Counted from the first letter of the stretch, positions 10,791-20,234 are shown. The stretch: DNA of 64,000 bases from Promethearchaeota archaeon (GCA_019058445.1 JAHPZA010000006.1:736001-800000), one strand, 5' to 3'. The notes: generated by a model not told the origin, from the letters alone. Numbers and translations are program-made.

Positions 10791-10879
10791 TATTTAAAAG
10801 TTGTTTCAGTTCATCTAAAACATACCAAAATCTTTAAAAAAATGTTTGATTTCAGTTATTAAACTATTTTTGATCATGA

Positions 10880-11590
10880 TTGTTTAACATGAGTGTTAAT
10901 ATGAACTCAAAATCTAAGCGAAACATTGAAAAAGAAATAGTTGAGTGCTTAATCGATAATAATTACGGTATGACCATCTTAGGTATTGCAAATAAGATTG
11001 GTGTTAGTCGAAATACTATATATCGTTATATAGGAATTTTAGAGGGAAAAAATGAAGTCTTTAAACGTCAAGTTGGGTCCTATAAATTGTACTATTCAAA
11101 AGAAGCAAGATTAATTTCACGAAAAATCATATTATCATTTTATAAAGGATTATTAATTGCTCTTAATGATGAAATTCAATTAAATCCTATTCGATTCAAA
11201 GTTTTAGGAAAGAAAATTGCTAGATATTTAGACATACCTTTTGAAATTGAAGATTACCAGAAATTGGTTAACACAGATGAATCAATAAAGTTAAATGATT
11301 TAAAACTGTTTTCTTCTTTACAGCCTTACTTTTCTCTGCTGCATGATAAGATTACTTTAAAAAAAATAATAAAATCACAAGATGGTAAGAGGGTCATCGT
11401 AGATTTTGTAGATTCTGACCTTCTAGAAGAAGAGCTTCCTTATATTTATCATTTTTATATTATCTCAGGAATTGTAGAAGCTAAATTTGCCCAATTTTTT
11501 GATATGAAAGTTAAATGTGATGTCTTAGATTATAAAACATTAAAAGAGGATAAAGAAAATTATATTAGAATATCTTTAGAGTTACCTTAA
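10880..11590 (+). CDS. Winged-HTH transcriptional regulator with V4R-like C-terminal domain
   Basis: GMTILGIANKIGVSRNTIYRYI HTH; C-terminal HFYIISGIVE V4R-like segment. Confidence 0.75.
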   Translation: MFNMSVNMNSKSKRNIEKEIVECLIDNNYGMTILGIANKIGVSRNTIYRYIGILEGKNEVFKRQVGSYKLYYSKEARLISRKIILSFYKGLLIALNDEIQLNPIRFKVLGKKIARYLDIPFEIEDYQKLVNTDESIKLNDLKLFSSLQPYFSLLHDKITLKKIIKSQDGKRVIVDFVDSDLLEEELPYIYHFYIISGIVEAKFAQFFDMKVKCDVLDYKTLKEDKENYIRISLELP

Positions 11591-11786
11591 ATATAAATGT
11601 TACAAAAGATAGAATTCCTACCCTCTCGTGATCGCTCAATTAAATTTCACAACTTTTATTTAATTAATGAGTATAACTTACAACTAAATAATTCTTGAAA
11701 AGTATTTAAATCAATAAAAAGATATTATAACAATCTTTAAAATAATTCAGTTAAGAAGATTTATCATAATTAAAGTCGGAAAAATT

Positions 11787-13250
11787 ATGACTGAAGATAT
11801 ATTATTTCAAAAATTAGTTGAAATTTTTAGCTCAAAATATGTATCAAGAGAACGAAATATTCTAAATAACTATTCCAAAGATTTAAGCTTTTATCCTGAA
11901 AAAGCTCCAAAATATGTTGCATGGCCTACTGATACAAAAAAGATTGAAGAGGTTTTAAAATTAGCTAACGAATTAAAATTTTCTGTTATTCCTATCAGTT
12001 CAAGCTCTGGTCCACGTCATCATGGAGATACTATTCCTCATAAGGATAATACTATTGTATTAGATCTTTCTAATATGAATAAAATTCTTAATATTGACAG
12101 AAAGAACAGAGTAGTTATGATTGAACCGGGAGTTACCTTCGGGAAGTTAATACCGGAACTCCAAAATAAAGGATTAAGATTACTATTACCCCTCCATCCA
12201 CGGGATTCTAAATCTGTCTTAACCAGCGCATTAGAAAGAGAACCAATTACCATCCCCCGTTATCATTGGGACAGCTCCGATCCCTTGTTATGTACTGAAG
12301 TTTTTTTTGGAACAGGAGATCTTTTTAGAACAGGTACAGCAGCAGGTCCAGGAACAATAAAAGAGCAACAAGCAACTGGTCAAGCCCAGGTAAATCCCAT
12401 GGGTCCTACTCAATTCAGTCCTTTCAGAGTTATTCAAGGCGCTCAGGGCAGTTTAGGAGTTGTAACCTGGGCTACACTTAAATTAGAGTTAATCCCAACT
12501 ATTCAAAAAGTGGTTCATATCCAATCAGATACTATTCCCGAATTATTAAATCTTCAGCATGAATTAATAAAATACCGTTTATGCAACGAATTATTAATAT
12601 TAAACAACTTAAATTTAGCTTGTTTAGTTAAAAAGAATGCACAAGAGATAACCGAGCTGAAAAACAAAATAAAGAGATGGAATTTACTTTATATAATTGC
12701 TGGAAGAGGAAAGTTAGCAGAAGATAAAATATCATATTTAGAAGGAGACATTAGGGATATTATAGGAGACCTTGGGCTTAAAGGTTTAATCAGTGAAAAC
12801 ATCATTAATGATAATGATATTTTACAAGTTTTAAGTCAAGCAACACCTGATCCTTGGAGGTTAAAGTTAAAGGGGGGATATCAAGATATATTTTTCCTTA
12901 CGAGTTTTGAAAAAATTACAGAATTTATTTCAATTGTAGAAAAAGAAGTTCCACAAGATTTAGGAATTTACATTCAACCGATTAACCAAGGAACTTCATA
13001 TCACTGTGAATTTGATCTTTATTATGATCCTTCAAATGATGCAGAAAAGACGAATATTAAGGAGAAATTCTTAAAAATTAGTACTAACTTAATGGATTCT
13101 GGTGCCTTTTTTAATAGACCCTACGGAATTTTAACAAAAGAAGTATATAAAAGACATGATGATTCAACTCAGACGGCTTTAAAAAAAGTAAAAAAGATAT
13201 TTGACCCTAACAATGTGTTAAATCCAGGGGTACTATGTTTTGATGAATAA
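11787..13250 (+). CDS. FAD-binding oxidoreductase (GlcD/VAO-PCMH fold)
   Basis: LDLSNMNKI, IEPGVT, GAQGSLGVVT and FDPNNVLNPG motifs. Confidence 0.88.
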   Translation: MTEDILFQKLVEIFSSKYVSRERNILNNYSKDLSFYPEKAPKYVAWPTDTKKIEEVLKLANELKFSVIPISSSSGPRHHGDTIPHKDNTIVLDLSNMNKILNIDRKNRVVMIEPGVTFGKLIPELQNKGLRLLLPLHPRDSKSVLTSALEREPITIPRYHWDSSDPLLCTEVFFGTGDLFRTGTAAGPGTIKEQQATGQAQVNPMGPTQFSPFRVIQGAQGSLGVVTWATLKLELIPTIQKVVHIQSDTIPELLNLQHELIKYRLCNELLILNNLNLACLVKKNAQEITELKNKIKRWNLLYIIAGRGKLAEDKISYLEGDIRDIIGDLGLKGLISENIINDNDILQVLSQATPDPWRLKLKGGYQDIFFLTSFEKITEFISIVEKEVPQDLGIYIQPINQGTSYHCEFDLYYDPSNDAEKTNIKEKFLKISTNLMDSGAFFNRPYGILTKEVYKRHDDSTQTALKKVKKIFDPNNVLNPGVLCFDE

Positions 13251-13341
13251 ATAACCATAAATATTATGACTAATCTTTTTCAAATTCAAGATTAGATTGA
13301 TAAAATTACCTAATTATAGGTAATACGAAGGAGGATAGGAC

Positions 13342-14649
13342 ATGATGGATGATGAGGAATACAAGCATCTGATAAGACGTTGTATCCGCTGCTCTATATG
13401 TAAATGGATTCCACAGCTTCAAATTAAAAGTAAAAAATATGCGACTATCTGTCCCGCTATAGATATGTATAACTTCCATCCCTATAGTGGTGGTGGTAAA
13501 ATAATCCTTGCGCTTGCTTTAGAAATGGAAAAAATTAAACCTTCTGAGGAACTACGCGATATTGTTTATAAATGCACGGAATGTGGAGGCTGTGATGTCT
13601 CATGTAAATTTTTGAATAATTTGGAGCCCTTAGAAATTATAATAAAATTAAGGGAGAAATTAGTTGATTTAGGCTATGGCCCAATGCCTAAGCAACAACA
13701 ATACATTGATTCTGTTAAAAAAAACAATAATCCATATAATGAACCCCATGAAAATAGATTGAACTGGTTGCCAGAGGATATAAATATTGATCCTAATGCT
13801 CAAGTTTTATATTTTGTAGGATGCACTTCCTCCTATAGACGGAAAGAAATGGCAATTGCCGCCTGTAGAGTATTAAATGCTGCAGGAGTTCCATTTAATA
13901 TCTTAGATAATGAGGAATATTGCTGTGGAAGCCCTGTTTTTCGGACTGGTGATATTAACACCTTTAAAGATTTTATGAATAAAAACGTAGATGCAATTGA
14001 AGCTAAAAATATTAAAAAAGTAGTTTTCAGTTGTGCAGGCTGCTACGATACATTTAAAGTTCATTATCCGCTTTATCGTAATTATAATTTTGAAGTTAAG
14101 CATAGTGTTGAATTTTTTAACGAACTAATTGAAAATGGAAAATTATTATTGACGAAAAAAGTACCCTTAACTGTTACCTATCACGATCCTTGTCATTTAG
14201 GGAGAAATGCTGAACCCTACAAGGAATGGAAAGGTAAAGTTGTGAATTTAATGCCTTTGATATCTATTCACGTACCTCCTAAACCTAAACGATGTGGAAC
14301 TGATGGGGTATATGAATCTCCCAGAGAGCTTCTGAAAAAGATTCCCGAATTGAAATTCATTGAGATGGAACGGATTAAAGAATATTCATACTGTTGTGGA
14401 GCGGGGGCTGGTGTAAAATCAGCATTTCCCGAATTTGCTCTCCATACAGCAAAAAATAGGATACAGGAAGCTGAAGATACTGGAGCACAAGTTATTACGT
14501 CTTCTTGTCCCTTCTGTTCGACTAATCTTCAAGATGCAATTCATGAAAGCGATTCTCTATTAAAATATTATGACATAAACGAATTATTAATGATGGCAAT
14601 AGGGATCACTGATGAGAAATTAAAAGAATTTTTGGGGGAAGTTGCTTAA
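13342..14649 (+). CDS. Fe-S oxidoreductase, HdrD/GlcF-like (ferredoxin motifs + two CCG domains); intron-less copy
   Basis: CIRCSIC, CTECGGC, YCCGSP, YHDPCHLGR, YCCGAG and SCPFC motifs. Confidence 0.92.
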   Translation: MMDDEEYKHLIRRCIRCSICKWIPQLQIKSKKYATICPAIDMYNFHPYSGGGKIILALALEMEKIKPSEELRDIVYKCTECGGCDVSCKFLNNLEPLEIIIKLREKLVDLGYGPMPKQQQYIDSVKKNNNPYNEPHENRLNWLPEDINIDPNAQVLYFVGCTSSYRRKEMAIAACRVLNAAGVPFNILDNEEYCCGSPVFRTGDINTFKDFMNKNVDAIEAKNIKKVVFSCAGCYDTFKVHYPLYRNYNFEVKHSVEFFNELIENGKLLLTKKVPLTVTYHDPCHLGRNAEPYKEWKGKVVNLMPLISIHVPPKPKRCGTDGVYESPRELLKKIPELKFIEMERIKEYSYCCGAGAGVKSAFPEFALHTAKNRIQEAEDTGAQVITSSCPFCSTNLQDAIHESDSLLKYYDINELLMMAIGITDEKLKEFLGEVA

Positions 14650-16221
14650 ATGGTCTTAGAAAATGAAATTTTTAAAGATTTTGAAGATATTGTAGGTAAA
14701 AATAATATTAACGATGGAAAAGTAATAACTACGGCGTATGCCTATAATTGGTGTATGGAATTTTTCAATTATATGGAAGATAAGGAACCCAGTCCTTTTT
14801 CTTCTATTCCTAAAGCAGTAATTCTTCCTGCTTCTACTGAGGAAGTAGCTGAAATTATAAAATTATGTAATAAATATGGGATTAAATTTAAGGCCCAAAG
14901 CACAGGATTAGGACCATGGAATCAGCCTTCTACAGACAATTGTATAATTGTGGATCTACGAAGAATGAATAAACTTGTAAAAATTGATGAAAAAAATTTA
15001 TATGCCGTTATCGAGCCATACGTAAGTGGAGCACAGCTACAAGTTGAGGCAATGAAGTATGGGCTTAATTGTCATATGCCCGGAGCTGGTCCTCACGTAT
15101 CTCCTCTGGCAAGTGCTACATCAATGGCGGGTCCAGGTTTTACCTCTCCTTCTACTGGTCATAGCGCAAGAAATGTCCTAGGTGTTGAGTGGGTATTACC
15201 TACCGGAGATATTATGAGATTAGGTGCGATTGGTCTTAAAAAAAAACCTGATTGGTATAATGGTGATGGTCCAGGTCCTAGTTTAAGAGGGATAATGCGG
15301 GGTTGGGTTGGAGCAAAATCAGGAATCGGAGTATTTACTAAGGTCGCGGTAAAATTATTTCCTTATCCTTGCAGTACGGATTTTACTATTACTGGAAAAT
15401 CTCCCAATTACGGATTTAAAATTCCGAAATATTTAAGACTATATGTTATGGATTGTAAGACCTACGAATTTTTGGAAGAGGTTATGCTTAAGGTTGATGA
15501 GGAAGAAATCTCTTTTATGTGCAGTCATTTATCTGGATCAGGTTTAGCGGCAATATTTTCCAATTCATTGCAAGGTTTAATAGGGAAAGCAAAACTCGCT
15601 CAGTTGAAAGTTCCGATAGTTATACTAATTACCGCTCGAACAGACCGTGAATTTGATTACAAGCAAAAAGTTATGGATAATTTGATTCAAGAGTTAAATA
15701 TTAAAGACATTATCGGTAAATCATATTCTCCTGAACCAGTGTTTTATGCTGAGGCTTTACGTTCGAATTTAGGGTTACACGGATTTATTACAACCGGAAG
15801 TTTTCAATCTTCTAAAGGAGGATCTGATACTGCTGCAGTATGTCTTTTAAGTACAAAAATGAACATCCCGTTGAAGATGGAATATATTAAATCGGGGGCA
15901 ATTGGGAACGATTCAGGAAAAGGTGTTTGGATGACCTCCTATGAATCCGGCCACTACTACCATATGGAATCACCGACTATGTTTGATCAAACAGATGACC
16001 ATAGCGTTAAGGGAATGGCGGAGTACATGGAGGCCAGCAATCAATTAGATTTACTAAAACATCTCGGTGCTCCGTTTTTTGTAGAAGGGACCCAGATGCA
16101 TGAGCTATTTGGGCCACATATGTCTAATTACCATATTTGGCTAAGAAAAATTAAACAGGCATTTGATCCCAATAATATAGCAGATAGTGGATTTTATATA
16201 TCACCACACAGTAAAGAATAG
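14650..16221 (+). CDS. FAD-binding oxidoreductase (GlcD/VAO-PCMH fold), copy 1
   Basis: VDLRRMNK, GIGVFTK, FDPNNIADSG; start abuts upstream stop (TAAATG). Confidence 0.9.
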   Translation: MVLENEIFKDFEDIVGKNNINDGKVITTAYAYNWCMEFFNYMEDKEPSPFSSIPKAVILPASTEEVAEIIKLCNKYGIKFKAQSTGLGPWNQPSTDNCIIVDLRRMNKLVKIDEKNLYAVIEPYVSGAQLQVEAMKYGLNCHMPGAGPHVSPLASATSMAGPGFTSPSTGHSARNVLGVEWVLPTGDIMRLGAIGLKKKPDWYNGDGPGPSLRGIMRGWVGAKSGIGVFTKVAVKLFPYPCSTDFTITGKSPNYGFKIPKYLRLYVMDCKTYEFLEEVMLKVDEEEISFMCSHLSGSGLAAIFSNSLQGLIGKAKLAQLKVPIVILITARTDREFDYKQKVMDNLIQELNIKDIIGKSYSPEPVFYAEALRSNLGLHGFITTGSFQSSKGGSDTAAVCLLSTKMNIPLKMEYIKSGAIGNDSGKGVWMTSYESGHYYHMESPTMFDQTDDHSVKGMAEYMEASNQLDLLKHLGAPFFVEGTQMHELFGPHMSNYHIWLRKIKQAFDPNNIADSGFYISPHSKE

Positions 16222-16387
16222 AGGAATGAAGTTGACTAATAAGTATATATTGTGTACGTATGCAATAATAAGCTTTTTAACATTTAAGTTATTCCCAGAT
16301 AAGACTCAGATTTTTAAATTTATAAATTAATACTTATATAATCTCTATAATCAGAATTAAATAACTTTAAAATCAAGATGTAAGTCA

Positions 16388-17726
16388 ATGATTGATGAAA
16401 AAGAATATCAGAAAATGATTAAGCGGTGTCTGCGCTGCTCGATAAATGAATAGAAATTGATTCTTTCATTCGGAATGCAAGTGGATACCGCAAGTTCAGA
16501 TTAAGAGCCAAAAGTACGCGACTGCCTGCCCGGCAATGGATATGTATAATTTCCACCCGTATAGTGGTGGGGGTAAAATAATCTTGGCTTTATTACTTGA
16601 AATGGGCAGAATCAATCCTTCAGATGAGTTGCGGGATATCGTTTATAAATGTACTGAATGCGGGGCATGTGCTATTTCCTGTAAATTTTTAAACACTTTA
16701 GAACCTTTAGAAATAATTATGAAACTACGGGAGAAATTGGTTGATGCAGGATGTGGTCCAATGCCTAAGCAACAAGAATACATTGATTCAGTCAAAAATA
16801 AGAATAATCCTTATAATGAACCTCATGAAAAGCGATTAGATTGGTTACCAGAAGGGATTAAACTCGATCCAAATGCGAAAGTCTTGTATTATGTTGGCTG
16901 TACCTCATCATATAGACGGGAAGAGATGGCAATCGCTTCAGTCCGCATAATGAATGAGGCCCAAGTTCCCTTTACTATTTTAGGTGATGATGAATTTTGC
17001 TGTGGTAGTCCTGTTTTAAGAACAGGTGATACCAAAACATTTCAAGAATTTCTTAATAAAAACCTTGATATGATTGAGTCGAAAGGAATTGAAACCGTTG
17101 TATTTAGCTGTGCGGGGTGTTATGATACCTTTAAAGTCGATTATCCCCTATATCGAAAATATAATTTCCGTGTACTTCATGTCGTTGAGTTTTTTGATGA
17201 GCTACTTGAATCTGGACAATTAAAGCTGATAAATGAAGTGCCTTTAACAGTAACATATCACGATCCCTGTCATTTAGGGAGAAATGCTGAACCTTATGAA
17301 GAATGGGAAGGGGATGTGGTCGATTTAATGCCATTAGTTTCTATAAATATGCCGCCAAAACCCAAAAAAACAGGTGCTAAGGGTATCTATGACGCTCCAA
17401 GAGAGATTCTAAAAAAGATTCCGGGACTAAAACTTATTGAAATGGAACGAATAAGAGAATATTCTTACTGTTGTGGTGCTGGAGCAGGGGTAAAATCAGC
17501 ATTTCCCGAATTTGCACTCAATACAGCTAAAACTAGAGTACAAGAAGCAGAAGATACTGGAGCTAAGATATTGACATCAGCATGTCCATTTTGTTCTACA
17601 AATCTTCAAGACGCAATAAAAGATAGAGGCTCTAAGTTAAAATTCTATGATATAAATGAGCTATTATTAATGGCTTTAGGTTTAGAAACGAAAAGCTTAA
17701 AAAAAAAAATGGCGGAGGTTGCCTAA
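16388..17726 (+). CDS. HdrD/GlcF-like CCG Fe-S oxidoreductase, copy 2; split gene join(16388..16444,16476..17726), 435 aa
   Basis: Exon 1 MIDEKEYQKMIKRCLRCSI plus exon 2 CKWIPQVQIKSQKYATACPAMDMYNF... is colinear with, and the same length as, the 13342..14649 product; the ORF track start at 16536 misses the N-terminus. Confidence 0.88.
16445..16475 (+). other. Candidate archaeal bulge-helix-bulge (BHB) mRNA intron, 31 nt
   Basis: Helix UCGA(16439-42)/UCGG(16470-73), bulges UAA(16443-45) and AAU(16474-76), internal hairpin, exon-exon stem 16423-38/16477-91; canonical cuts restore the frame; in-frame TAG at 16451. Confidence 0.85.
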
Positions 17727-19295
17727 ATGACATTAGATAAAGAGATTTTAACCGAGTTCGTTGAAATAGTTGGAAAAGAAAATATTGACGATGGAGAAGT
17801 TATGACAAATGCTTATGCTTATAATTGGTGCATGGATTTATTCAATCACATGGAAAGTAAACCCGCAATCCCTTTTTCACCTATTCCTAAAGCGGTTGTT
17901 TTACCTTCTTCTACAGAGGAGGTAGCACAAATTGTTAAAATATGCAATAAATATGGCATTAAATTCAAAGCACAATCAACTGGTCTCGGACCATGGAATC
18001 AACCTTCTACAGAGAATTCGATCATTATTGATTTGCGAAGGATGAATAAAATTGTAAAAATCGATGAGAAAAATCTGTATGCCGTCGTGGAACCATATGT
18101 AAGTGGGGCGCAACTTCAAGCAGAAATTATGAAATATGGTCTTAATTGCCATATGCCAGGTGCGGGACCTCAAGTTTCCCCTTTAGCGAGTGCAACTAGC
18201 ATGAATGGTCCTGGATTTACCTCTCCTTCTACAGGGCATAGCGCTCGTAATGTATTAGGGGTTGAATGGGTCTTGCCTGATGGAGAAATCATGAGGTTAG
18301 GTTCACGTGGGCTTAAAAATAACCGTAATTGGTATAATGGTGATGGCCCGGGACCTAGTCTTAGAGGTATAATGAGAGGATGGGCTGGAGCAAAATCGGG
18401 CATCGGTGTTTTCACTAGAGTTGCAGTTAAACTATTTCCATATCCTTGTAGCACTAAATTTAAGTTAAAAGGGTGTTCTCCAAATTATGATTTTGATATT
18501 CCTGATTTTATGAGAGTATATGTGATAGACTGCGGGACATTTAAGTATTGTGAAAAAGCAATGTTGCGGGTAGAAGAAGAGGAAATTTCATTTATGTGCA
18601 GTCATTTATCTGGATTTGCCGTAATGGCAATCTTTGCAACCAGTATTGAGGATTTAATGGATAAAATGGCTATAGGGAGTATGAAAGTTCCCTTAGTCGT
18701 TATAATAGCTGCTCGAACAACTAGGGAATTTGAATACAAACAAAAAGTTATGAGTATGATTTTAGATGAGATGCAATTAACTAACATTATTGGAAGCCTA
18801 TACACACCTAATCCAATTTTTTACGCAGAAGCACTAAGATCAAACTTAGGTCTTCACGGCTTCATTGCTACCGGAGGATTTCAAAGCACTAAAGGTGTTT
18901 GTGATACTGCTGCAATATGCCTCCGAAGTGAACAAAAGAATATTCCATTGAAAAAGAAATATATCAAAACAGGTGCGATCGCAAACGACTTCGGTGAGGG
19001 CCATTGGATGACATCTTATGAATCAGGACATTACTTTCACGTGGAGGCTCCCACGATGTTCGACCAAACGGAGCAAAGTAGTGTGGAAGGCATGGCGGAC
19101 TATATGGAAGCCAGCAATCAGATGGATTTGCTTAAGCATCTTGGAGCACCGTTTTTCGTGGAAGGTGATAAGATGCATGAAACTTTTGGCCCTCATATGA
19201 TGAATTACCATAAATGGTTGAGAAAAATTAAACAAGCGTTCGATCCTAATGATATAGCAGATTCAGGGTTTTATATCTCAAGAAAAGAAAAATAA
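17727..19295 (+). CDS. FAD-binding oxidoreductase (GlcD/VAO-PCMH fold), copy 2
   Basis: Colinear close paralog of 14650..16221; TAAATG coupling to the upstream gene. Confidence 0.9.
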   Translation: MTLDKEILTEFVEIVGKENIDDGEVMTNAYAYNWCMDLFNHMESKPAIPFSPIPKAVVLPSSTEEVAQIVKICNKYGIKFKAQSTGLGPWNQPSTENSIIIDLRRMNKIVKIDEKNLYAVVEPYVSGAQLQAEIMKYGLNCHMPGAGPQVSPLASATSMNGPGFTSPSTGHSARNVLGVEWVLPDGEIMRLGSRGLKNNRNWYNGDGPGPSLRGIMRGWAGAKSGIGVFTRVAVKLFPYPCSTKFKLKGCSPNYDFDIPDFMRVYVIDCGTFKYCEKAMLRVEEEEISFMCSHLSGFAVMAIFATSIEDLMDKMAIGSMKVPLVVIIAARTTREFEYKQKVMSMILDEMQLTNIIGSLYTPNPIFYAEALRSNLGLHGFIATGGFQSTKGVCDTAAICLRSEQKNIPLKKKYIKTGAIANDFGEGHWMTSYESGHYFHVEAPTMFDQTEQSSVEGMADYMEASNQMDLLKHLGAPFFVEGDKMHETFGPHMMNYHKWLRKIKQAFDPNDIADSGFYISRKEK

Positions 19296-19426
19296 ATTTC
19301 TTCTTAAGCTCATTAATCAATCCGATAAAAGAATCCTTATATATTTACTATTTAATTTCCGAACTAAATAAAGACAAACTAAAAAAGAAAAAAGAGATTT
19401 TTAAAGATTATTTTTTTCCGAACAGA

Positions 19427-19975
19427 TTATGATCGATATATCTGGATGTACAACATATTCGAGTTTACGGAATTAAATGATTCATCTCCTATTCTAGCAA
19501 CTGTAATCTCATGGGATCCCTCAGACATTGTAGTATTTGAAAACTGCATTGATAAAGAAGATTCATAGAAATGCGATGGATCGACATCTCCAAGTGAAAA
19601 ACTCGCAAATACATTTGGAACTCTTTTTCCATCTATTATAAAAACAACGGTTACAAATGAAACCCCAAAAATTTCTCCAACACCAGTATAAAGAAAATAA
19701 ACTGCTTCGCCTAAAAATATATTAAATGTAATATTTAACTCATTTATTGGCAAATATTGATTTATTGGATTACAATAAACAGCGCTACATCTTTTAGAAT
19801 CTATTCTTATTATTGTCCCATCAGCTCCATCACTTCCATCATCTCCATCATCCCCATCATCTCCTTTCACAGCCCCAGATTGTACCTGCATAAGTGAATA
19901 TGTTCCAAATCCTAACCCAGACGCCCCAATAATAATTGCTAAGAAGCTTAAAACCTTTAAACTATTTTCACCCAT
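19427..19975 (-). CDS. Membrane-anchored protein with short collagen-like (G-D-D)n linker and beta-rich C-terminal domain
   Basis: N-terminal TM helix, then KGDDGDDGDDGSDGADG. Confidence 0.75.
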   Translation of the reverse strand: MGENSLKVLSFLAIIIGASGLGFGTYSLMQVQSGAVKGDDGDDGDDGSDGADGTIIRIDSKRCSAVYCNPINQYLPINELNITFNIFLGEAVYFLYTGVGEIFGVSFVTVVFIIDGKRVPNVFASFSLGDVDPSHFYESSLSMQFSNTTMSEGSHEITVARIGDESFNSVNSNMLYIQIYRS

Positions 19976-20123
19976 TTTATCATCAACTTTTTTTAAAAAT
20001 TTAGATTGAATCTCGTAATTATTCTTTGGATATTATTTCATTTAAATTTTACAAATAAGTAAGACTTACACTTTTGCAGGATTTATTAGGTAGTGGCTCT
20101 AACTAGTATAAAAAATATAAATA
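19827..20123. repeat. Direct repeat copy 1 (about 295 bp: 5' coding part plus upstream region of surface protein gene)
   Basis: Near-identical to about 21572-21868 by eye. Confidence 0.85.
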
Positions 20124-20165
20124 GTTGCAGGGAAAGGAATAATTATTAAGATTATAATAGTAGAC

Positions 20166-20234
20166 TTTAGACAAATATTTGACCCGAATGCCATAGCCGA
20201 TTCGGGATTTTATATTTCACCTAAAAATGAATAA
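20166..20234 (+). pseudogene. 3' remnant of a third FAD-oxidoreductase paralog
   Basis: Translates FRQIFDPNAIADSGFYISPKNE*, matching the C-termini of the 14650 and 17727 genes; no upstream coding part. Confidence 0.8.

Noticed and set aside
16439-16475. Insert as a mini-transposon/MITE with a TCG target duplication
   Set aside because: TCG occurs on both sides, but it is explained by the central BHB helix. Removal at the TCG repeat gives CSECK rather than the paralog's CSICK, the element is only 31 nt, and I saw no second copy or transposase in the window.
16536-17726. ORF-track call of a 396-aa N-terminally truncated Fe-S protein, or a simple frameshift pseudogene
   Set aside because: The missing N-terminus is intact at 16388-16444 and 16476-16535, and the insertion boundaries coincide with canonical BHB cut sites.
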